DNA of 64,000 bases from Trichoplax sp. H2 (lineage: Eukaryota): NCBI GenBank assembly GCA_003344405.1, contig NOWV01000256.1, forward strand, positions 1 to 64,000. Direction: 5' to 3'. Every line of letters begins with the position of its first letter. The stretch's first letter is position 1. This document shows positions 13,271-25,903 of this stretch, one piece after another. A program made the translations under genes and the position numbers. The notes under the pieces are model-generated. The model did not search any database and was not told the DNA's origin. It saw only the letters and a list, made by a program, of their open reading frames with translations.

Positions 13271-14029
13271 TTAAAGTATCTAAGTTTTAGTACATTTTAT
13301 TCAATTGCTCAACGTAGTATGATCATTGCATGCCTTTCATAATTCTCTATGCACTGTACACTTACAAATACCTACCAGCGTTAAGAGCACATACAGCATT
13401 CGATAGTGTTTTATATTCCAGATATATTAGAACTTCAGTAGTATTTCTGNNNNNNNNNNNNNNNNNNNNCTAAGCTAGAGTACAGATGACTATATACAGT
13501 AAGGTATTGAGTTACTAATAAGGCTATAGGTAAAAATAGAACTGTAAATCATATATTAGGATATGGTTAATTCATTGTACTTTGGCTGGTGTGAATAATG
13601 TCTACGTAAGTACTGTAGTCGTATCCATATTGGATTAATGATGGTCCGCAGTATAACAGTATTACTACGAGTAATTTAACTAAGTGTAATATGAGGTAAA
13701 AGGTTGCCATACGGATTGTAGCTGCGAATGCTATGAAAAGTATAAAAGTATGCGACTTTAGATTATTCTGTTAGTTCGTTGTAGAAGTCTTTAGTAGTTG
13801 TATTCGGCTAGAGTAGAGCTGTGTGTAGTTAATCTTTATATAAGAGTCATTAAAGTATCTAAGTTTTAGTAAATGTTATTCAACTGATCAACGTAGTATG
13901 ATCATTGCATGCCTTTCATAATTCTCTATGTACTGTACACTTACAAATACATGCCAGCGTTAAGAGCACATACAGCATTCGATAGTGTTTTATATTCCAG
14001 ATATATTAGAACTTCAGTAGTATTTCTGT
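13271..14029. repeat. Gap-flanking direct duplication (13271-13449 vs 13850-14028)
   Basis: About 180 bp near-identical on both sides of gap 13450-13469. Confidence 0.88.
13470..13855 (+). mobile_element. Solo LTR family B, partial copy next to a gap
   Basis: Matches about 46990-47370; truncated at taaag. Confidence 0.85.
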
Positions 14030-14964
14030 ACTAAACTACATTTCAGTTTGAAATTGATTTAAATGAGAATCAGCAAATTTAAATTGAATCAGAGACATTT
14101 TTTAAATTAAAGGATGCCTACTTTTTTCTGTTAGTTAGTCACTCGAGTATTAGAAATCATGGCTAGAGTATTTTATTTATTCAAAAATGTCAAATGTCAA
14201 ATTGATTTTTACATATTCAGGAATTAGAATTGGATTTAATAAATTATGGGCTAATAGAATATTCTTTCGCTCTCTTTCAATTGAGATATAGTCTTTATTC
14301 AGTTATAGAAAAACTTAATATACTTAAATATCAGAAGTTAAAAATCTTATTACTAGTATTTATGGATTACTAATTTTCAACATTTTTACCTAGCATATTG
14401 ATCACTTTAGTTATCACAAAGTGAGCCAAAAGCGCTTAAGGGCGTATTTGATCCAATCTAGATCGGTAATTTCTTCAACTGCATTAAATGCAATTCTAGT
14501 TTGGCTTTAATACGAATAGAAGTTTTTTGCAATATTTTCGCTTCTTGTTTTAGGCTAATATTCTTTGGAAATCGAAAAGCTATTGATAATACATAACCAA
14601 ATGTTAAAATTTAGGAGTGTGCAAGAGTAATTTAAAAACTAAAATACAAATTGCAACCTAGAAGTAATTAGCATCATAGTTAATGGTAATTGCTGTTCAC
14701 AAAAGAACTGTAATAAGCGAATTAAGAGCAGCATTTAATACTTTACTGAAGCATCTGAAAAAATTTACCAACAATCTCTCATTAGTATCCAATTTCAGAG
14801 GGTTATAATTCATATTTCTTAAAGGAATAAATTTTAAAGAGTGTTTGAACTGAAATTAATAAGATTCCTTTATTCTATTGCATATCTATATAATACGAAC
14901 ACCATGGAAATAATTATTGAATTAGGATAATATTAAATTTATGGCACCTTAAACTCAAAAATTC

Positions 14965-15973
14965 CTATTTTACGTTGTTATTATTTAGGGTAGATGATTT
15001 TGTCTTGGGATTAGATATTGCGGGTGTGGTAGAGCGATTATTAGTCCGTCGGAAAAGGATAATAAATTTCTCACGTAAAATTTCATTGGTAGCCAAATAA
15101 ATAAGTGGATTAATAGCAACATTACAATACGATAAGATCCTGATAATAACAATTGCTTGATTAGAGAGAAGATTTTTGTTCTTAGTCATCCAGTACTGAA
15201 TAAGTCCAAAATAGAGGGATATAATCATAGGAAGCCAACATAAAGCATTAGTTCCAACTACTACCGTACGCAATGATGTTCTAAGATTGCTGGGACCTAT
15301 CTCAGGATGGCGACTTTTACCATTGGCTATAAAAAAATGGGATAACGTAACAAATAGCGATTATTAAGATAGTTGCACCCATGATTATAGCTAAAACGGA
15401 TACAACAACTATATTAGTATTATCTACGTCAAATGATAGCCAGTAAATTGTATAAAATTCGTACCGAACCATGCCATGACTGTTTAATCGTAGCAGGGGT
15501 ATAATAGCGAAAACCAGAGGAATTAGATACAATGATATTATCAATGCCAAGTATTTCTTAGTTGTTGAATATTCAATATACTTATATGGATTGAGAACTG
15601 CGTAACATCGATCAATACTAATACCTAAAGTTGAAAAAAGTGATGCAACCTTAAAAAATGTAATAAAGGAACCTTAAAGTTGGCACTGCGAACCACAATT
15701 TTGAGTAATATTAACAATTATTAAAAGGGGTAACGCGATGGCACCAGCTAAAGCATCAGTAATTGTTAATGATGTCAAAAATGCGTTTTTCAGTGATTGT
15801 AAAGATGGGGTACGATAATTGATTACAATATTCATTACATTTCCTCCAACAGATACCACTGCAGTAACAAAGAGTACTAGTAGTCCTGTATTTAAAAAAA
15901 AAAATTTTCGTAGAAAACCTGCCGTCGCGAAAGTAGATTGTGACGCCACAGTGCAATTTTTATTTCTTTTCAT
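14965..15973 (-). pseudogene. GPCR-2 pseudogene
   Basis: In-frame TAA at 15674-15676 (CQL*G, paralogs CQIQG); the same frame continues SIDRCYAVLNPY. +1 frameshift in the A7 run 15331-15337; ECL2 Cys replaced by Tyr; two codons missing in TM6; CWLP and NPLIY retained. Confidence 0.9.
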
Positions 15974-17682
15974 TAACCGATTTAGTGATTTAGAAAGAAT
16001 AAACTTAAAAAATTGAAGTTGATTAAATTTTGCTACGGTATTAAATGACTAGCATGAAAACGACAGAGTAAGTTCAAAACTTGACTATATATAAAAGTCG
16101 GGATATTAAGCTATAAATTCAATTTTGTTATATATGGAGCAATTCCATATACAGCATACTGTAAAGTAGTATAGATAGAAGGTCTTCTCTATCTTAGTAT
16201 TATATATAGAATGATTAAAAGTCGTACTGTAGGATCACAGTTTAAAATGATTAATGTTCTAATTATGTAATTATCATTTTAAGCTGATCTTACATCTTAT
16301 ATGGATAATCATTTAGCTAAACCACAAGTAAAGTAATTTAGCAAATGTATAAATACCTTCATAAATTTATTAATAAATGATTCTCAATTGAACCTACACC
16401 GTTTACCACGAACGAATTATTATTGCCCAATTGATCATAAATATGCTATAGGCATGAAAATGGCAGACTAAAACCGATGTTATATCTTTAAAATCTCAGC
16501 TAGATGTAATCAACGTTCAAAACATGAAATTGCTTTTATTTTAAAGAATTTCTTGCCTTTTATGCAGACTATAACTAGCTATTAAATGTGAATGGTTTTG
16601 ACAATAATACTCGATTGTTTTTACATGAATAACATACGCCAACCGTTTAGTAATTTACAATGTATATTTCCTAAATTAGATCAAAAGTAAACTCTTAAAG
16701 AAACCTACGTTTCTAAGTATTTATTTCTGCTTTCAGATAAAATAGTGATTTATCTATGCTTACTGTTCTTAGGTTTTTTTTACATATCCTAAAATATCTA
16801 ATAATTAATAGTACGAATATACAAGTATAAATAGCCGGTGGCCTGCTGGTTCATGTATTTAATTAAGAATTTTAATTGTTCACAATTAATTTATTAATAT
16901 ACCTCATATTTGGTTGTGTTAATAACTATGCATATGTAGTGTAGTTTCTTTTCTAAGAAAAGAAATCATCATGATACCGGTAATGCATGATTACTAATTA
17001 CTGTATTAGAAATTGCTGATTATCTATATAAGCCAGATAGCAAAGTATGGCAAATAAATCTATATGAACTATTGTATGGTAATTATGAAGAAACTCAGCA
17101 TATTACAGTATCAGATATTAATGGAAAAGATATGTTCATTTATGGTTAGGAGATTAACTCTTAAGCTAAAATTCTCTTAAATTGATAATCTGTTTGAAAA
17201 AGTCTTTTATTAGATGTCTCAAGACAGATTGTATGCAATATAAATTAATTTGAAGATAGCAATGAAAAGGTTCTACAAGGTTAGCTCTTTTTCTTTGAAA
17301 GTAAAGATATGCACGTATAGTTTAGAATTAAGTTATAATTCAATAAAGGAAACAGAAATTTAAGCCTAAAAGGATAAATTTAAGGTTAATTTTAGTACTA
17401 AAATTATACGTAATCTGCTAATTAAGATCCGATCTACCAGAAGCAATTTATAGTGAATAGATAAACTTTCTCGAGATCATTTTGATAATCTAACAATAAC
17501 GTGACAGTAAAGCTCCGTTACTGAATATAATTAAAATAGTCGTCGACGTAGATATCGAAGTGTTAGCAGAATATCTCCCTAAAAACTCTATCTAAATTTT
17601 AATTGTAATATATTCTAATAAATTATTCATCTAGCTTACAATTTATATATCTATGTTATAATTGCAGATTATAGTGCACGTA

Positions 17683-18314
17683 TGTTACAAAACAGCTTTG
17701 CAACAATACAATGTGATGCATGATCAATCAATCGATTCCCTGAACCACGTATCAGGGAGCAATATCTACTCTTTCAGGAACACTTTCCTATACTAGTAGA
17801 CTACAAAAAGACTTGAACGCCTCCTATCTTACGTTAAATACTAATCATATGAACTAACTTCATTATACGATTTATCGCATTTATATACTCTTTTACATTA
17901 GCGAAGATATTTTAATTAGTAATATTAACGTTGAAATCTAATAATAAATCAAAAGCTAATTTTATCTACTACTACCTAATGCAGACAGCAGTATTTACGA
18001 ACTTAGATATCGAATGACTAAAATAAAATTGTCAGATTACAATATGTCCTATCACGAAAGATTTCTACTATAATATATTATTTATCATTAGTAAATTTCA
18101 ATCATAGTGATTTGAATTGTTAGAAGATTATTTTCGATTTTCTAATTAAATTACTAATTTTAGTAGGCTGTATATATCATCATTAAAGTTAGTGCTATAT
18201 TTAAATATCACATATCTAAATTATAAACTCTTCACATAAGGGTAAATCAACAAAATTGTCCTAACATAGACGTTCAACTATAATCTCGATGTTACCGTGT
18301 ATAACACTATAAAA
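17683..18314 (-). mobile_element. Solo LTR family A, older copy
   Basis: tgttacaaaacagctttgcaac...tataacactataaaa; 632 bp, the same length as 46130-46760; TSD degenerate. Confidence 0.8.
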
Positions 18315-19319
18315 ATTTAAAAGTAGGATTAATCATTAAATAAATAATTTGTATAAGATATTTCATGTATTAGAAAACACGCTTAGATTAATGATGGACT
18401 GATTACGCCCTTTTTGATTACTATATTGATAATAATTTACTATTACTAGCGCATCCAGGATTTGAATGAGTAGCAATGATGAAACGTAGTACTTGTACTA
18501 TTTTTACTACGTACAGAAGAGGACCATCACGTTATTATAATGACCGTGAGGAAAAAATAAAATTAGATTATATGAAAGTACAGCTGTAATGCAAATCTTG
18601 TATTAACATGTTTTGATCGTTGATTTTTTGGATATGGCAAGGTAAAAATATGTTAGGCTAGTTAGTGATTTAAACTATTTGTAACTTATAGAAAATACGT
18701 ACGTCGTATTGAGAAAGATGAGAGACGGAGGAAATAGAAAATAAAGTAATTCTTTTCTACATATCTTCTATGACTTTTTATGTGCTTTACTACAGTAAAT
18801 GACTGCGAAATTATCTGCAAAGTGTAATGCAGTTACTTGAGAAGACTGTATTAGTTGAAGAGTTATGAAAGTTTAAAAAGTGAAAAAAATTATCTTGTGT
18901 TGCTAGCGTTGTTTAAACAAGGCCGTAGATGAAAGCCAAATAAAGTTTCTGTTTGTGTAATTTGAATAACTTTCATGAAAAGATGGCTATAGAGGCAAAG
19001 TCGACTATCAATGTTATCTTGGTCTCTTTAGCTATTCTTATAAGGAATAAGAAATTAAATTTTTTTCTGTAGATGGACTCTTATAATTAGATAATATTTG
19101 GGTTATAAGTAGTATTGATCTATTTATGTCAGACTGTACTGTAGATTGAAGTATTTTGATAAGTCAAATTTTGTGTAACTAGATGGCGGATCTAAGATAG
19201 TGAGAAGTCTATATTCTACATATGATAATATATTTACGTACCAAAGCTAGCGTTGAACGGCCAAATCAACATAAGCATATGTTACGGTCAAGCTTCCACT
19301 ATGATAATGTCCATATATT

Positions 19320-19918
19320 CGTTACAGTTTTATGCACTGTACTGTATTGTCGAGATTAAAATAGAGATATCTATATTAAGATAATTTTGCTAGCTTACCC
19401 TTGTTCGGTGAGTTTTTAGTTTAGATATGCGATTTTTAAGGAATGGCACTTGCTTTTACAACGGTGATATATACTTACTCTGAAACAAATGTTTAATTAG
19501 GGGATTGAGAATAATCTACTAACATTTCGAATCATTGTGACTGTAACGTACTTATGGTAGACTGTAGATTATCATGGAAATTTTCCGTGATGTGGCGTAT
19601 CGTAATCCGACTATTTTGCATTAGTCATTAAAAAGAATATGCTCGTAAAAACTGTTGCTTTCATTAGGTAGTGGTAGGTAAAATCAGTTTCTGATTCATT
19701 GAACGGCTTTGAAGTTACTCAAACTAACTATAAAGTTAGTCCTTAAAATAAGTATTTAGCGTAAACTAAGAAGCATCTACGTATTTGTGTTACTGGCTAA
19801 CAGAGGAAATGTGTTCCCGATAGTGCAAATATCTCTGATTCGTGATTTAGAGAATATGCTTATTGATCGTAAATTATTTGCAATAATATTACGTGCATAC
19901 TTAAAATGCTTTTTAACA
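19320..19918 (+). mobile_element. Highly diverged family A-related LTR
   Basis: 19525-19630 (tcgaatcattgtgactgtaac...cttatggtag...atcatggaaa..ttccgtgat) aligns with the family A core; ends approximate. Confidence 0.65.
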
Positions 19919-20269
19919 GGCCGGCTCATAGATAAGATACCAGGTTTGTGAGCTTAAATGTCAGTTCGATACTAAAAGCTTATACTTTCGCTATTTGTTA
20001 ATGCTTGTGCAAGTTCTCATAATATTGAAGTAATTAATTACTTTTGACTTTGGTTAGGTAGCGTCATGTTAGAAGCATTTTGAATGAATTTTCATCGTGT
20101 GGTTGATGAACTCATCTAAACTGGTTTAATTTATTTTGATTTAAAGCTTTCTTTAAATATTTAATTCGGTTTAGTTGTTAATGAGAAAATTTGTTTTTGC
20201 TCTGTAATAAATTTACGTGATGATTTCAGCTAATTGTTTGTTGTACTGTATGTGGCTAATAGGATGAAA

Positions 20270-20600
20270 TAGCACACTTGCACTGTTTCTAGTATGATGC
20301 AGTAATTACAGAAGACTATTACGCGGTCATTACACCTTTGGTTAATGTACGCGGCTATTAGCTATTTTTTGTGAGACTTATGATACTAGTCACAGAGACA
20401 ACCTAGCACTTAGTTATCGGTGGTTTTGTAGATATTCAGATTTTTAGCTAATTGCTTTAGTTTGCTTGGTTCAATCAGTAGGACGATGGCAGTATTAAGT
20501 GATAATCATTCTCGCAGTATTCGTTAGTTGTGCTGCAATCGTAGTTATAACAGCATATGGTCGTACAATGGGCTTTGATAGTGAGTTTGCATTTTAGCAT
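20270..20600 (+). pseudogene. Possible very old, unrelated class A GPCR remnant (TM3-TM5)
   Basis: Hand translation gives AVITEDYYAVITPL (ERY..AV..PL-like) and CLVQSVGRWQY*VIIILAVFVSCAAIVVITAYGRT (ECL2-TM5-like), with many stops. Confidence 0.3.
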
Positions 20601-22531
20601 CTTTATAGATAAGCGGTTAATCGAATTTTGATATCTGATTTATAAATTATTTTTAAAGCTGAAGTATTGTGAATAATATATCATTTTCAATAATAAGAGT
20701 TATAAATGTAAATAAAATGCGACCGTAATTGTAGATTTCTATAATAGTTTTAAATCGTTATTAATATTTCATTTAGTTATATTTTGCTACAAATAAGCAT
20801 TTTAAAGCGAAATTCTGTAAGATAGAGCGTCCCTTAATAGCAATTGTCCTACTGTCAAATAATTAACACGGTAATTTTTATTTATTACTACAATAGCTTA
20901 ATATGAGTATGGATAAATACCTATTTATAGCGTGTTTTAATTAGTGGATTACCTGACTAAAGTATGAATAAATCAAAATGGAATAAAAAGGCTTTAATAA
21001 TATTATCTGGTTGCATGCACTAGTTTTCAATTGTGAAGAAACAGCAACATGGGTCTAACATTGTAAATTTATAAAAATATAATCTAATCAGCCTATATTA
21101 CTACAATTTTAAAGCGGCGCGTCCGCTATTGTGAACTGACGTATTAAATTAACAGAAATGCATAAAATTTAATGAAGCTCGAATGAATTCTTTTACGCTG
21201 ACATTGCTGCAGCTAACTACGCGCAAAGAATTTTATCGAAATATGGTTTAATAATATTACTACCAGATCTTTAATTTTGTATGGTAATTTATCAAAAATT
21301 TAAAAATTAATACGTCTTTAAATTCAATTTTAATCAAATTTGCAATTAAAAAATATATTTTGAGAAAATCATTAGATCTGAATAATATTTCTATGTCTTA
21401 TGATACCTATAGAGCTACGTAATATCCCTAGCTAGAAAGCTAAATTGACTAACAATATTATACAGCAAAATGTCGAAGTTACGATTATGATAATTTATTA
21501 TGAAATGAAGTTTAAAATAAGTTGCAAATATGGATTTTCTAAACGAAGTCATCAAAATTTATGAGTTCGATTCACACGCTGTAGTTCTGGCGATTGTAGC
21601 TATAAATGTTTTAAAGTAATTATAATTATTAGTCACTTCGTTAGCATCATAATGCATTAAATTTAAATTTATCCACCGCAGCTGCTTAGACTTCCGATAA
21701 ACATATACCTATACTAACTGGCGAAATTATTATAAATTCTATAACGAAATAGGAACAAATCTATTCCTGAATTAATATTCTACAGCTTCAGCTGGTAAGA
21801 AAAAATTTTTGATTTGTTTCAAATAAGGACATGATATTTAATGATCGTCATTATTATTTAAAGATCTTATTTCAAAGTAAAATGCTAAAAAAGAAGAAGG
21901 TAAAAAATAGACTTTAATAAAATAAAGACATTCTACATTGCCTTACCAATTTTTAACCTAGTTTGTAAAAATCAAGACTATAATAAAATAATATATGCTA
22001 TTTTCATATTTTGAACTCTAGTCCGCCTAGCTGTGTTGAAAATTTTTATTTCAATTATTTGTATGCTTTTTTATAAAATGGAATAGGAGAATTCAGTCAT
22101 AAAATATCTTGACGTACTATTAGCTATATTTTGAAGGCATTTTATATTATTTGAAACTATTTAAATAAATCATTTTAGGGTCAAGGAGTATCACAAAAAC
22201 GCTAATGTTACTATTTTTTGCTGCAAGCATTAAATATTTATGCAATACATTCTAATATTGGACAAGTTTTTATTTCTGTATCCAATTTACATATTATCGT
22301 GCGTGAACACAGATAAGTAACTTTATTGGTAAAGGTATTACTTTTAAGTAAGCGAAGAGCATGGATTTTAAACAGTAACACGTAAGTACTGTAAATGGCT
22401 GAAATCATTACAGTGGATTATGGACAAATTGGCTCAGGATAAAATTTTAATAGCAAGCATGCCCCATTGAAAAAGTCAGAGAAGTTATAACCTCAGTCTT
22501 TAGAATGTTGACTTAAATATAATTGTAGGCG

Positions 22532-23405
22532 TGTCACAAAACAGCTTTGCAACAAGATAACGCAATATACGATCAATAAGTCAATTCCTTGAACCACGTA
22601 TCAAGGAACGATATCTGCACTATCACGAACACTTTTGCTCTACTGGCAGACTACACAAAGACTTAAACGCCTCGTATTTTACGTTAAACACTAAGTTGGA
22701 GAATTCTCTTTATTTCACGATATACTGCATTTATATACTATTCCTCAATAGTTCATNNNNNNNNNNNNNNNNNNNNGAAGAGCATGGATTTTAAACAGTA
22801 ACACGTAAGTACTGTAAATGGCTGAAATCATTACAGTGGATTATGGACAAATTGGCTCAGGATAAAATTTTAATAGTAAGCATGACTCATTGAAAAAGTC
22901 AGAGAAGTTATAACCTCAGTCTTTAGAATGTTGACTTAAATATAATTGTAGACGATATCTAATAAGCAAGAAAATTGGGGTGCATGCATACAAATTATTA
23001 CTGTAGCTTTAATTTTCATGTCAATATTTTGTCTATTTGGTGGAAAGGAAGAACAAATAAAATATAAATATTTCATTTCTAAATCCGGGCCAATTTAATT
23101 TTTAGACAACAGTAATTGAATATGATACACTGATANNNNNNNNNNNNNNNNNNNNATTTCCATGATAATTTACAGTCTACCATAAATAAATTACAATCAC
23201 AATGATTCGAACTGTAAGCAGATGATTTGCATTCCCTATTATAACTATTAATTTCAGTATTTGTATAAGTGTCACTGTCATAAAAAGTCAGTGCTATATT
23301 CAAACACAGTATATCCAAATTAGAAGTTAACTAAATAAGGATAGTCTAACAGAATTATCCTAACATAGTTATTTCTACTGTAATACAGTATTTAACACTG
23401 TAACA
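22532..23405 (-). mobile_element. Solo LTR family A, split by gaps and an intervening empty-site contig; TSD AGGCG/AGACG
   Basis: aggcg|tgtcacaaaacagc ... cactgtaaca|agacg; 22777-23135 shows the same flanks joined by a single AGACG. Confidence 0.88.
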
Positions 23406-24097
23406 AGACGATATCTAATAAGCAAGAAAATTGGGGTACATGCATACAAATTATTACTGTAGCTTTAATTTTCATGTCAATATTTTGTCTATTTGGTGGA
23501 AAGGAAGAACAAATAAAATGTAAATATTTCATTTCTAAATCCGGGCCAATTTAATTTTTAGACAACAGTAATTGAATATGATACACTGATATCGTATTTC
23601 CTCCATTAAACGATCTTTGTTCGTAAATTATCTAAACTTTCTAAAACTATACTTTGAAGCAACTAGAAGCAATCAGAGTTGCAATTTCTATTTTCATATA
23701 TGGCGTGAAATAAGATTAAATGTTTGGCTTAATTTATAAAAATCAATTTCGACATATATTTGTACGTATAGCGCAAATGCGAAATAAATAATATTTGAAG
23801 CCTCAGAAGGTCATAAATTTAGCTTAAAAGTTTTATTAAACCATAAAAGTTGTTAATAGTTACAAAATTATAACTGCAAGACAGTGCTTGATGTAGCGTG
23901 GTAACATTAGACTGGTTCGCCATTTTTCTTCATTTTCCTATTTAGTATTGCCTACTGATACATATCAAGCAATAGAAATTTAATCTATGATTTTACACTA
24001 AGTTAACCTAATTATTAAATTTATTTAATTTCATACGTTCTTGTATAGTTTTCAATAAAGCACTGATCATTTATCACAAAGGTTAGTCTCAGGGACC

Positions 24098-24520
24098 TAT
24101 TACAAAACAACTTTGTTACAGGATAACTCAATTTACAAGCAATAAGTAGAGTTATTGAAGCAAGAATCAAGGAACAGCATTTCTTTAACTAGCGGATAAA
24201 AGAGACTTTAGCGCCTAGTAATTTGCATACACTAATACAAGATAGTCAGTTTACAATATACTCCATCACAAGACGTTCCCGTGATAGACTACTATCGACC
24301 ATAAATATGTTTCAATCTTGATGATTCGAATTATAGGTAATTATTCTCAACTTCTAACTATGCCGATCAATTTCAGTATCGATGTCTTTCAAAAATTCAA
24401 GGCTATATTAAAAGAAAATATCTACATTATAAACTAACTAGATAAGAGTTAGTCAAAAAAATTGTCCTAATTAGATAATTCTACTCTAATCTCTAGAAAG
24501 AGTGATGGAGCGCTGTTGCA
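24098..24520 (-). mobile_element. Old family A-related solo LTR, TSD GGACC/AGACC
   Basis: ggacc|tattacaaaacaactttg...tcaaggaac...attgtcctaa...ctgttgca|agacc. Confidence 0.6.
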
Positions 24521-24844
24521 AGACCATAACTAATAATTCATAATATTCTGATATGAGTATAATTTTTCCTGGATTTTAGTAATTTATCTAATTATATTAA
24601 TGAAAAGAATATAATAGAATACGATCGGGAATATAAAAATTGCCTTCGAAATATCATAATAAGAATTCCGATTTTTTAAAAGTTTTTCTTTACTATCATA
24701 CCAAAACTTTAATCTTAAACTAAGTACGTTATTGCGATATAAATGGGCATAATATTTACAGCTCAAATAATGCATATCATTATATCTAGTTTTTACTAAC
24801 GTTTAACTCTTAAAATATATCAGACAGCATTATTTTCTATCTTG

Positions 24845-25903
24845 CTAGTTATCTCGAATAACTTTCTCTTTATTCACGGTATAAGATATACGTCTAGATA
24901 TAAGTGATTGAAATAGGCTAGACCTAGTATTACGGGATGCTGTGGGCCTCTGATTACCCTCGTAAGATAATGGTTCTATTCGTGTTTTTCTAGTAAGAAT
25001 TCTTACCAAAGACTTAAATTTTCGACGTAAAATACTATTGGTCAGTAGATAAATGATTGGATTCAAAGCTACATTGCAGCATGATAGATCCAAAACTACA
25101 TCAGACAGTACATTATGAACTATAAATGAAGTTTTAGTAGCATAATATTGAACAAGACCAATAAATGTAATAACTGACATTGGAATCCAACAGATCATGT
25201 TGGTTCCTACAAGCAATAATACCGTCCGAACGGATGTTCTAATACCAGTTTGATTAGCTAAATCGCGATTACTTTTATTATAAGCAATAGAAAATAGGAT
25301 AATGTAGCAAATCATAATGATCAACGCAGTCAGAGTTATGAATGTGGTGAATAGAGTAATGATAATAACGTTACTCTTATCGACAATTAATGATATCCAG
25401 CATGTCGATGCGTACAAACGAGTATAGTTACCAAAGCCGTGATCTTCTAATCCTGTTAGTGGTAATACTGAAAGCACGATAGGCGTAACAATCAATGATA
25501 ATATTAGAAAAATATATTTTCCGCGAGTTGAACGTCGAATATAATCATACGGAGCTAGGACAGCATGGCAGCGATCAATACTAACACAAGCAGTTAAGGC
25601 TACTGAATAAGCATTAACCGTTGTAACAAAAGTGGCCTGAGTTAAGCATAACAGGCGATTACAGATTAGAAGGGTAGCTATTTGTAACGGAAATCCAATC
25701 GTGGCACATATAAAATCGTTGATCGTTAAAGCAATCAAAAAGGCGTTGTTTAGAGTTCGTAATGATGGTGACTGATAAATTGTAATTAAATTAAATAAAT
25801 TACCAATTATGCCGACGATACTTAATAACGAATAAATGACCACTTTAGCGATAGAAACGATAAGATATTCGTCTGTAATCTGAGTCGTGTTGGATTGATG
25901 CAT
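24845..25903 (-). CDS. Intact intronless class A GPCR (GPCR-3, 352 aa)
   Basis: ATG-to-stop ORF with GNLFN, LTIND, SIDRC, GFGNY..CW, CWIP, NPIIY and a Ser/Arg-rich C-tail. Confidence 0.94.
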   Translation of the reverse strand: MHQSNTTQITDEYLIVSIAKVVIYSLLSIVGIIGNLFNLITIYQSPSLRTLNNAFLIALTINDFICATIGFPLQIATLLICNRLLCLTQATFVTTVNAYSVALTACVSIDRCHAVLAPYDYIRRSTRGKYIFLILSLIVTPIVLSVLPLTGLEDHGFGNYTRLYASTCWISLIVDKSNVIIITLFTTFITLTALIIMICYIILFSIAYNKSNRDLANQTGIRTSVRTVLLLVGTNMICWIPMSVITFIGLVQYYATKTSFIVHNVLSDVVLDLSCCNVALNPIIYLLTNSILRRKFKSLVRILTRKTRIEPLSYEGNQRPTASRNTRSSLFQSLISRRISYTVNKEKVIRDN

